Source: Candidatus Krumholzibacteriaceae bacterium (lineage in GTDB: Archaea > Thermoproteota > Bathyarchaeia > TCS64). Taken from it: DNA of 39,392 bases. Location: the NCBI GenBank assembly GCA_035529515.1, contig DATKWN010000016.1:1-39392 (forward strand), given 5' to 3'. The position numbers were made by a program, and so were the translations under genes. Below the pieces are notes generated by a model. It had not been told where the DNA came from. It worked only from the letters and a program-made list of their open reading frames with translations, and ran no database searches. Of this stretch, positions 32,986 through 39,392 are shown in pieces. Position 1 is the stretch's first letter. Each line of letters starts with the position of its first letter.

Positions 32986-33387
32986 CTATCTATGCTTGCT
33001 TTCGATTTCCTTGATTGTGTCTTGCATTATCTCGTCGCAGGGTTTTACGATGAACGTTTGTGGCTCATACTTGGATTTCCATTCTTCACGGAACTTGGCA
33101 AAGGTCTCGTCTTCAACGCGCAACTTCTCGAATTTCCGCTCATCTTCGTCGCTCTTGAAAATTATTAAGAGGACTCTTCCCCCAACAGGATCACGCTGAG
33201 CGAAATACCTGTGCGATGGAGCAGACTCTCCCAGAGTGGAAACCCCATACTCCACCCATTTCATGAAGAAGTGATCGTGCTCCTCTAACTTGTTTGGGTC
33301 TTCAACAACCCAAGTCTCAACGGTTACACCCAAATCAATAGCACCAAGAAAAGTATAAGACAGCTTGATAAAAATCCATGCATGCAT
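32986..33387 (-). CDS. Hypothetical protein (low-GC island)
   Basis: 133 aa. No motif was recognised. The charged C-terminal half reads ...FKSDEDERKFEKLRVEDETFAKFREEWKSKYEPQ.... Confidence 0.4.
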   Translation of the reverse strand: MHAWIFIKLSYTFLGAIDLGVTVETWVVEDPNKLEEHDHFFMKWVEYGVSTLGESAPSHRYFAQRDPVGGRVLLIIFKSDEDERKFEKLRVEDETFAKFREEWKSKYEPQTFIVKPCDEIMQDTIKEIESKHR

Positions 33388-33432
33388 AATGCAATTGGTT
33401 AAAATAATTTCTAAAGCAATATTGAAATTCAG

Positions 33433-33446
33433 TTATTCCATGTAAC
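33433..33446. repeat. Internal partial copy of the boundary repeat core (TTATTCCATGTAAC)
   Basis: It is preceded by ATATTGAAATTC (33419-33430). The same two modules occur in the opposite order at the left boundary, as the 32070-90 core followed by ATATTGAATTTC at 32095-32106. Confidence 0.6.
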
Positions 33447-33536
33447 CAAAAAAAATCAACTCTGATCCAAAATTTTTTTCCTCATATTACAAGTAACCTG
33501 ACACAAACCCCCAGAAAAGTCCCCGATCATACCCAA

Positions 33537-33557
33537 AAAACGCTTATTCCACGTAAC
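33537..33557. repeat. Right boundary copy of direct repeat AAAACGCTTATTCCAYGTRAC
   Basis: AAAACGCTTATTCCACGTAAC lies 21 nt before the stop of the convergent MBL gene (33578). Confidence 0.75.
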
Positions 33558-33577
33558 TAGGAACAAGGAACCGGGGG

Positions 33578-34438
33578 CTAGCCACTCCAGTGCTGGTACC
33601 ACCTAGCCCAGCTCCGCTTCTGCCACTCCGGACGGTCAGTCGCGTATAGCTCAGGGTACCTGTAGTCCAACGCCTCCTCCTCCGAGACCCCCTCCTCGAT
33701 GAGGCCCCTCATGATCCACCGCACCTCCTTCATCCACCTGAGCTGCCTCTCGACCTCCTCCATATCGCAGAGGGGCCCGTGGCCGGGCACGATCTTCTCC
33801 ACGTCCAATCCCAGTATCCTCTGGAACGCCTCGATCCACCTGTCCGGGTCCGCCGTCGGGTCCCCAGCCCACGGGAACCGGCCAACAAAGAGGAGGTCAC
33901 CGGCGAAGAGCGTCTTGTCCTCCGGCACGTATACGACGCTGCTGCAGTCCGTGTGGCCGCCCGTGTGGATGAACTCGACTCCGTCCGTCTCCCATCTCTC
34001 GGTGAAGGTCGTCGTCGGCACCACGATCCTGAGGCCCTCGAAGAGCCACCAACGCTCAGGGGCGTCCCGCCTATACGTCTCAAGCATCTTCTCGAGCTTC
34101 CCGGGGGCCCACTCGTTCTCCAGGCTCTTCTCCATCTTCTCCCAGAGCCGCCGATGGCTAACGATCTCCAGGTCCTCGAACACCATGTTACCGAAGACGT
34201 GGTCGCCGTGGACGTGGGTCAGTAGGAGGTGGCTGAGCGGCTTGTCCGTGACCCTGGTTATCGCCTCCCTGAACCTCCTGGCGCTCCCCGGGTACTGGGC
34301 GTCCACCACCAGCACACTGTCGTCGAGCCTAATGATCCCCACGTTTCCGCCGGTCTCGCCGTCCCAGTTAGCGTAAACCCTATCAGAAACCTTGCTAAGC
34401 TTCATACCAGAATCAAGGAATAGGGGGTCATACGGCAT
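33578..34438 (-). CDS. MBL-fold metallo-hydrolase
   Basis: 286 aa with an HVHGDHVFG (HxHxDH) motif and downstream His/Asp ligands (HTGGHTDCS, GHGP). Confidence 0.85.
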   Translation of the reverse strand: MPYDPLFLDSGMKLSKVSDRVYANWDGETGGNVGIIRLDDSVLVVDAQYPGSARRFREAITRVTDKPLSHLLLTHVHGDHVFGNMVFEDLEIVSHRRLWEKMEKSLENEWAPGKLEKMLETYRRDAPERWWLFEGLRIVVPTTTFTERWETDGVEFIHTGGHTDCSSVVYVPEDKTLFAGDLLFVGRFPWAGDPTADPDRWIEAFQRILGLDVEKIVPGHGPLCDMEEVERQLRWMKEVRWIMRGLIEEGVSEEEALDYRYPELYATDRPEWQKRSWARWYQHWSG

Positions 34439-34455
34439 AAAAGAGTTGGCGGAGG

Positions 34456-34914
34456 CTACGAGACGTAGAAGTCTCCCTCGACGGAGGCGAACTGCTCCTC
34501 AACCATGGCCCTCAGACCCTCCAGCAGGTCTGGGTGGAGCTGCGCCACGTCAAGCAGGCTCAGTATGCCTATCAGCTTCATTACCCCGTCATCCCGCTCC
34601 ATCACCGGCAGCTTCTTGATCCTCTGGATCAGCATGAGCTCGACGGCCTTCTCCAGCGGCTCCTCGGGGCCCACAACTATCACGGGCTCAGACATGACTT
34701 CGCACACCTGTGTCTCGGCGGGGTCCAACCCGCTGCACACTATCCTCTGAACGATATCCCTCTCCGTTATAATCCCCTTAAGGCCGTCGTCAGCCACAAC
34801 AAGCAGGCTGCTTATCCCGAACTTGGTCATCCTCCTCGCGGCGTTCCTGACCGACTGCATGTAGTCGATCGTCACCACCTGCGGGGTCATCACTTCCCGG
34901 ACCGTCAATACCAA
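34456..34914 (-). CDS. CBS domain pair protein
   Basis: 152 aa with two CBS repeats (VREVMTPQVVTID...GIITERDIV; ...KKLPVMERDDGVMKLIGILSLLDV). Confidence 0.85.
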   Translation of the reverse strand: MVLTVREVMTPQVVTIDYMQSVRNAARRMTKFGISSLLVVADDGLKGIITERDIVQRIVCSGLDPAETQVCEVMSEPVIVVGPEEPLEKAVELMLIQRIKKLPVMERDDGVMKLIGILSLLDVAQLHPDLLEGLRAMVEEQFASVEGDFYVS

Positions 34915-34986
34915 ACCTAATCATGGTCACCGTCGACGCAACGCCTAAAGCAATTATGGAGCGTTAATAAATGACAGAAAAGCAGT

Positions 34987-35697
34987 CTAGTGCCTGGTTT
35001 TCAGCACCCTCATGCCTTTCGGCAGCTTCTCGGAGGCGTACCGCAGTATGAGAGCAGGCGACTCCTCCCTCCACCGGAGCAGGTATGTCCTCACCTCCTC
35101 GGGGTGCCTCTTCGAGGCCTCCTTGAGCATCCAGCCCACGCCCTTCTGGACCATGTCGTCGCCGTCCGTCATCAGCCTGTCAGCCACCCTGAACACGTCG
35201 CCGAGCATCTCGCCTCTTCGAGCCAATGGGACCAGGCTCACGGCTGCGGCTCTCCGTCTCCACCTGTTGTCTGACCCAGTCCACTCCAGAAGCCTCTCAA
35301 CCAGGCCCGGGTCCTTCTTCACCGCCTCGGCGATTATCTTTGTGCAAAGGTGGTCCGTGGTGGCCCAGTTGGTGAGGTGCTCCACCCAGCCGTCGAAGAC
35401 CGGGAAGTGGCTTGGCTCAAGCTGCCTGCTGAACCTCTCGAGCATCCTGAGGGCTACGGAGCTATAGCTGAGGTTCCTGCGGCTCATCAGCTCCCCGGTG
35501 AGGCTCATCGCCCTTTCTAGGTTTCCCCTCACCTCGGGGTAATATTTCTTCGCTATGTCCTTGGACTGCTGGCTGGTCAGGCCGTGGGTCTCTATCGGCT
35601 CCCGGAAGTACCTCCTCAGCTGCGCCTCCTTCTCAGGGTCGCTGGAATCCCTGATCTCAGCCATCATCCTCTCGGCGATGTCACTCAAACGCCTCAC
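34987..35697 (-). CDS. DNA alkylation repair (AlkD-like HEAT repeat) family protein
   Basis: 236 aa with ...WATTDHLC...WTGSDNRWRRRAAAVSLVPLARRG...DDMVQKGVGWMLKE, typical of the DNA_alkylation family. Confidence 0.72.
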   Translation of the reverse strand: MRRLSDIAERMMAEIRDSSDPEKEAQLRRYFREPIETHGLTSQQSKDIAKKYYPEVRGNLERAMSLTGELMSRRNLSYSSVALRMLERFSRQLEPSHFPVFDGWVEHLTNWATTDHLCTKIIAEAVKKDPGLVERLLEWTGSDNRWRRRAAAVSLVPLARRGEMLGDVFRVADRLMTDGDDMVQKGVGWMLKEASKRHPEEVRTYLLRWREESPALILRYASEKLPKGMRVLKTRH

Positions 35698-37291
35698 CTA
35701 TGGGGACCGTGGTCAGCTGCATGGCCGAGTTCTTCTTGGAGATAATCACGGTCTTGACCCACGCGGGGTCCTCCTCCGGGTGGTCCAGCCTGTAGTGGGC
35801 GCCTCTGCTCTCACGCCTCATCATGGCGGCCCTGACAATCATCTCCGCCGCGTCCAGCGCCATGGGGATCTCCAGGGCTGAGATCATCTGCCTCCCGGGC
35901 AGTGCCATGAGCCTCCGCGTCGAGTCCCTGAGCTCCTGTATCTTCTCGAAGGCCTCGACGAGCATCTCGCTGTCCCTTATCACCCCCGCCTTCTCCCACA
36001 TGGTCTCCCTGAGCACACCCATCATGGATCTAGGCGTGTAGCCCGTCTCCCGTTTCGCGAGCCCCTCGTAGCGCCGTACATCTTCCTCGACCAGTTCCTC
36101 GACTTTCTCGTGGCTCACCTTCTCAGCGTACTCGGTCGCCCTAGCCGCGGCCCTTGCCCCGAAGACGGTCACGTCCGTGAGGGCGTTGCCGCCGTGCCTG
36201 TTGGCGCCGTGCACCCCGCCCACGACCTCGCCTGCGGCGAAGAGCCCCTCCACGTCCGTCTCGCCCCACATGTTGGCCACCACGCCCCCCATCGTGTGGT
36301 GTGTGAGGGGCGCCACCCTGAAGGGCCGCTCGTGTGCCTGCAGCCTGTTCACGAAGAACTCGTAGCTGCCCATGCCGAAGGAGTCCCCGGGCTTGCTCCT
36401 CCTGACCACCTCACGGCCGTCCACGAGGACCGCGCCTTCCACCCCGCCGCCCTTCGCTATCTCTAGCATCATCGCCCTCGAAAGGAGGTCCCGGCTCCTC
36501 GCTATATACGGCCGCTCGGTGACGTTATGCTTCTCTGGGATGTCCTCCCCGAGCACGTTCATGATCTTGCCCTCCTCGATGATCGGTCCGTCCACGAGGA
36601 GCGGCGGCGCACCGGGCTCAGCGAGGGCGAGGGGGAAGAACTGGACGAACTCCATGTCCCTCAGCCGGGCGCCGGCGTGGTAGGCGAGGCTGTACCCGTC
36701 GCCTGTGGTTCTGAGCGGGCAGTCCGTGCGCTTGTAGAGGGCGCCTGCGCCGCCCGTCGCCAGTATGACGGCTTTACTCTGGAAAACCACGGGCTGCTTC
36801 TCGTCGCCGTGATAACCGACTGCCCCGATTACCCTCCCCTCCTTCAAGAGCAGCCGCGTGACGATGGTGTTCTCGACGAACTCGACGCCAAGCTTCCTCA
36901 GATAGTCCACCATGGGCAGGGTGATACCTTGGCCCAGCTTGGTGTCCTCGTCGCCGACGCTTATTCCTCCGCGGCGCACGTTGACTACTAGCCCATACTT
37001 CTCAAGCTCGAGGACGCGTCCGCCGCCCTCCTCCGTCAGCACCTTCACGAGCTTCGGGTCGTTGACGCCCTTCCCAACATCGAGGGTCCTCTTCCTGTGC
37101 TCAGCGGCCGTCATGCCGCCCACCGCCGCTAGGTAGCCGCTGCCCGCGACAATAGTGCAGTTGTTGTAGCCGGCTGGAGCCTTGGAGACCAGTAACACGT
37201 GCGCCCCCTTCTCGTTGGCCTCTACGGCGGCCCTCAGGCCTGCGCCGCCCGTTCCTATGATGAGTATGTCCGATGTGAAACGAAGAGCCAT
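35681..37291 (-). CDS. FAD-dependent oxidoreductase of the succinate dehydrogenase / fumarate reductase flavoprotein family (possibly L-aspartate oxidase-like)
   Basis: 536 aa with an N-terminal dinucleotide fold ILIIGTGGAGLRAA, plus HHTMGGV, GANRHGGNALTD and ESRGAHYRLDHPEEDPAW. No Fe-S subunit gene is adjacent. It overlaps the AlkD-like gene start by 17 nt. Confidence 0.82.
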   Translation of the reverse strand: MALRFTSDILIIGTGGAGLRAAVEANEKGAHVLLVSKAPAGYNNCTIVAGSGYLAAVGGMTAAEHRKRTLDVGKGVNDPKLVKVLTEEGGGRVLELEKYGLVVNVRRGGISVGDEDTKLGQGITLPMVDYLRKLGVEFVENTIVTRLLLKEGRVIGAVGYHGDEKQPVVFQSKAVILATGGAGALYKRTDCPLRTTGDGYSLAYHAGARLRDMEFVQFFPLALAEPGAPPLLVDGPIIEEGKIMNVLGEDIPEKHNVTERPYIARSRDLLSRAMMLEIAKGGGVEGAVLVDGREVVRRSKPGDSFGMGSYEFFVNRLQAHERPFRVAPLTHHTMGGVVANMWGETDVEGLFAAGEVVGGVHGANRHGGNALTDVTVFGARAAARATEYAEKVSHEKVEELVEEDVRRYEGLAKRETGYTPRSMMGVLRETMWEKAGVIRDSEMLVEAFEKIQELRDSTRRLMALPGRQMISALEIPMALDAAEMIVRAAMMRRESRGAHYRLDHPEEDPAWVKTVIISKKNSAMQLTTVPIGEAFE

Positions 37292-37324
37292 GACGGTAGA
37301 ATAGGGGGAGTAACCGTATTTGAG

Positions 37325-37798
37325 TTACTCCTCGGCCAGGTACACCCTCTCCAGGCAGAGCTCCTCGGCGCTCTCACGGGTCACCACCGGCTCCACCCGG
37401 AGCCCATCGTCGAGGTGGCTCAGGGTGTACTGGATGCTGGGCAGGGTCAGGTTGCCACAGAGCCCGTTCAGGAACATGCCGCAGTCCACCCCCACGTCTA
37501 GGAATGCCTCGTAGAAGGGGCACCTCCTGATGAGGAAGGTGACGCTCTCCTCGTCTCGCCTGTGCTCGGTTATCTCGGCGCCGGCGTCGGCCATGAACCT
37601 GCGGTAAACCTCGGCGCCCACGTCGAGGGCGCCCAGGCCCTCAGGTAGCGTCCTCCTCATCTCCCGGGCCACTATCGCGCCCTGCCTCTTCGCCGCCGCG
37701 TCGAGCATCCTGAGAGCCTCGTCTGTACCCTGCTCCTCGACGACCTCCATTATGTACGCGATCTGCAGCACGTAGGCACGCCTGACGCCGTCGAACAT
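37325..37798 (-). CDS. L-2-amino-thiazoline-4-carboxylic acid hydrolase-like family protein
   Basis: 157 aa. The Cys-containing C-terminal half (FLIRRCPFYEAFLDVGVDCGMFLNGLCGNL) resembles the ATC-hydrolase family. Confidence 0.5.
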   Translation of the reverse strand: MFDGVRRAYVLQIAYIMEVVEEQGTDEALRMLDAAAKRQGAIVAREMRRTLPEGLGALDVGAEVYRRFMADAGAEITEHRRDEESVTFLIRRCPFYEAFLDVGVDCGMFLNGLCGNLTLPSIQYTLSHLDDGLRVEPVVTRESAEELCLERVYLAEE

Positions 37799-37872
37799 AC
37801 AGCCTTACACCTGACGGCCCGGCTTTAAATCCTTTGAAAACCCCTAAATCTATCTCAGGGATACGTGTCACC

Positions 37873-38730
37873 ATGAGAGGGCGCTCCATCGTCGAGGTGC
37901 TGGCCGTTTTCTCGTTTATTCAGCTGATCATTATATTTCTGCCGGGGGTCTTAGGCCTCGTCCGTTGGGAGCAGCGGGTGCTCGGTTGGAGCTACTTCAC
38001 GGGTTTCCTGTTGGTTCTGCTGCCCACTTTGGTCATGGTTCTCCAGAAACGCGAGTTCGAGCTTTACGGCTTGACGCTGAGGAGGTGGGAGACTAGTTTG
38101 GACGTGGGGCTGAAGGGGTACCTCTACCTCGTCGCACCTCAGATGCTCCTCACGCTGCTGTCATCCGAGGGAGCCGCCTACCGTTACGTAGATGGCTCCC
38201 TCGTCCTCTCGGTTTCGATCTTTACGATGCTGTTCCTGCTCCTTAGGCGCCTCACCGGGCAGAAATATAAGCCGTTCTCCTCCACCAGGACCCGCCTGCT
38301 CGTGGCCGCCGTGCTCTTGTCGATCCCGTTGCTCGTTGGAGCGGTGTATGGGAGGCTGACGTTGAAGGTGTTCTCCACGATTCTGTGGCAGCTGGTCTTC
38401 GGCGGCTTTGGCGAGGAGCTCTTCTACCGTGGCTACGTTCAGTCCACCGTGAACGAGGAGTATGGCCGACCCTGGAGCGTCGAGGGCGTGGCCTTCGGGC
38501 CGGGCCTCCTGGTCTCCTCCGCTCTGTATGGGCTGGACAGGGCGTTGAACACGGTTCGGCCGTTGCAGGGCGTCTACAGCGTGTCGTGGAGCTGGGGGTT
38601 CTTCGCTTTCAGCGTCGGCGTCTTCTACGGCTTCCTCCGGGAGCGCACCGGCGACATAGTCGGTTCAGGGGTCGCCAACGGCCTAGTCGACTCGGTGGGG
38701 GAGGCTTTCAACAAGGTATTCGGGCGGTAG
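37873..38730 (+). CDS. CPBP family intramembrane glutamic endopeptidase (CAAX protease-like)
   Basis: Multi-TM protein with a GFGEELFYRGY (EExxxR) motif. ATG 37873 is preferred over the listed TTG 37834. Confidence 0.78.
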   Translation: MRGRSIVEVLAVFSFIQLIIIFLPGVLGLVRWEQRVLGWSYFTGFLLVLLPTLVMVLQKREFELYGLTLRRWETSLDVGLKGYLYLVAPQMLLTLLSSEGAAYRYVDGSLVLSVSIFTMLFLLLRRLTGQKYKPFSSTRTRLLVAAVLLSIPLLVGAVYGRLTLKVFSTILWQLVFGGFGEELFYRGYVQSTVNEEYGRPWSVEGVAFGPGLLVSSALYGLDRALNTVRPLQGVYSVSWSWGFFAFSVGVFYGFLRERTGDIVGSGVANGLVDSVGEAFNKVFGR

Positions 38731-38841
38731 CGTGGCTGGCTATGTTGTAGGTGGTGGGTTCCTACACAGACCACGATTTAACGCTAGACCTGCTCAGCAA
38801 GAACGGTACAAGACTTGGATGCCGTAGGCACATCAGAGCAG

Positions 38842-39357
38842 ATGCTGTCACACCTGGATAAGTTCAAGAGTATCTTCCAGGGGGTTATGAAAAAGTACAG
38901 GGTGATCTACGTTGGCTACGTGTTCAGCTTGGCCACGTTCTTTGTCACCGTTTACCTCGGTTACTTCGAGGTGCCTTGGCTGCGTGAGCTGTTCGAGACC
39001 TACTACCTTGAGCAGCTGGTGTTCGCCACCATGGTGTTCAGCGTCTTCATGCTCGTCTACTTCGTCAGGGAGCAGGAGCGGATCAGGTACGAGATGAGGC
39101 TCACGGAACAGCAGAAGATACGGGAGGGTGTCTGGATAGCGGAGCAGGAGATCAGGAACCAGATCATACTGATCAACCAGGCGACACACATCGCCGAGAA
39201 GAAGAGCGAGCTCAGCGGCGACATGATCAGGGTCATCCGGGACAACACCAAGAAGATGGAGAGGCACCTGGAGCTGCTTCAGAGGGACGACGCCGACCCC
39301 AGGGAGATACGGGCTATGCTCGTCGACGAAGACAACTCCAGCATCCAGACGTTCTAG
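38842..39357 (+). CDS. Hypothetical membrane protein with C-terminal coiled-coil-like region
   Basis: It has two predicted TM helices (VIYVGYVFSLATFFVTVYLGYF; LVFATMVFSVFMLVYFV) followed by a charged helical region. The start is uncertain (TTG 38815 / ATG 38842 / ATG 38887). Confidence 0.4.
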   Translation: MLSHLDKFKSIFQGVMKKYRVIYVGYVFSLATFFVTVYLGYFEVPWLRELFETYYLEQLVFATMVFSVFMLVYFVREQERIRYEMRLTEQQKIREGVWIAEQEIRNQIILINQATHIAEKKSELSGDMIRVIRDNTKKMERHLELLQRDDADPREIRAMLVDEDNSSIQTF

Positions 39358-39392
39358 CGATCTGCCTTTTTCAAGTCATAAAACTGTGGCAG

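Noticed and set aside
32179-33199. Plus-strand ORFs 32179..32394 (71 aa) and 32870..33199 (109 aa) in the low-GC island
   Set aside because: They give Phe/Ile/Ser/Leu-rich low-complexity translations typical of AT-rich non-coding or antisense DNA. They overlap the better-supported minus-strand PRTase-fold gene and the weaker orphan gene (32986..33387). If the region is transcribed on the plus strand, a non-coding RNA is more likely.
1-39392. Search for CRISPR arrays, rRNA genes, IS elements and integrases
   Set aside because: I found no regularly spaced repeats of 24-40 nt, no rRNA-like conserved stretches, and no ORF with transposase (DDE) or tyrosine/serine recombinase motifs by eye.

Overview
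This is an archaeal chromosomal segment of about 60% G+C by eye, with compact, often overlapping genes and TATA-like boxes 25-35 nt upstream of many start codons, which suggests leaderless mRNAs. No rRNA, tRNA, CRISPR array, transposase or integrase was recognised.

Gene content, left to right:
- A truncated Spo11/Topo VI-A-like gene in a frame missing from the ORF track.
- A DUF3795-like gene and a short ICMT-like methyltransferase.
- A pstSCAB phosphate transporter operon.
- A SAM methyltransferase and an unlisted 53-aa rubredoxin.
- A co-directional replication/translation cluster: priL, a 45-aa Cys/His ORF, priS, GINS, rpl44e, rps27e, aIF2-alpha and nop10.
- A lower-GC Liv-type ABC transporter block.
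- A class V aminotransferase, fused guaA and archease.
- An MFS plus wHTH regulator operon.
- A module of two tandem ArsR paralogues, hcp and a cupin.
- serS, a comB-like phosphatase, CBS proteins, a divergent TFS-like zinc-ribbon protein, OsmC and a PNPOx-family protein.
- A five-gene minus-strand cluster: ATC-hydrolase-like, SdhA/NadB-like flavoprotein, AlkD-like, CBS and MBL.
- A CPBP protease.

Three low-GC islands stand out, at about 10.9-15.6 kb, 29.8-30.7 kb and 32.0-33.6 kb. The last one sits between convergent native genes and is bracketed by imperfect direct repeats.

Most interesting:
- The stand-alone mini Spo11/Top6A-like catalytic core at the left edge.
- The repeat-flanked low-GC island carrying a degenerate PRTase.
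- The 400-bp, roughly 24% GC non-coding tract.
- The Cys4 ArsR pair upstream of hcp.
- The TFS paralogue lacking the canonical acidic motif.
- The microprotein inside the primase operon.

All functional calls come from motif recognition by eye. No database search was run.
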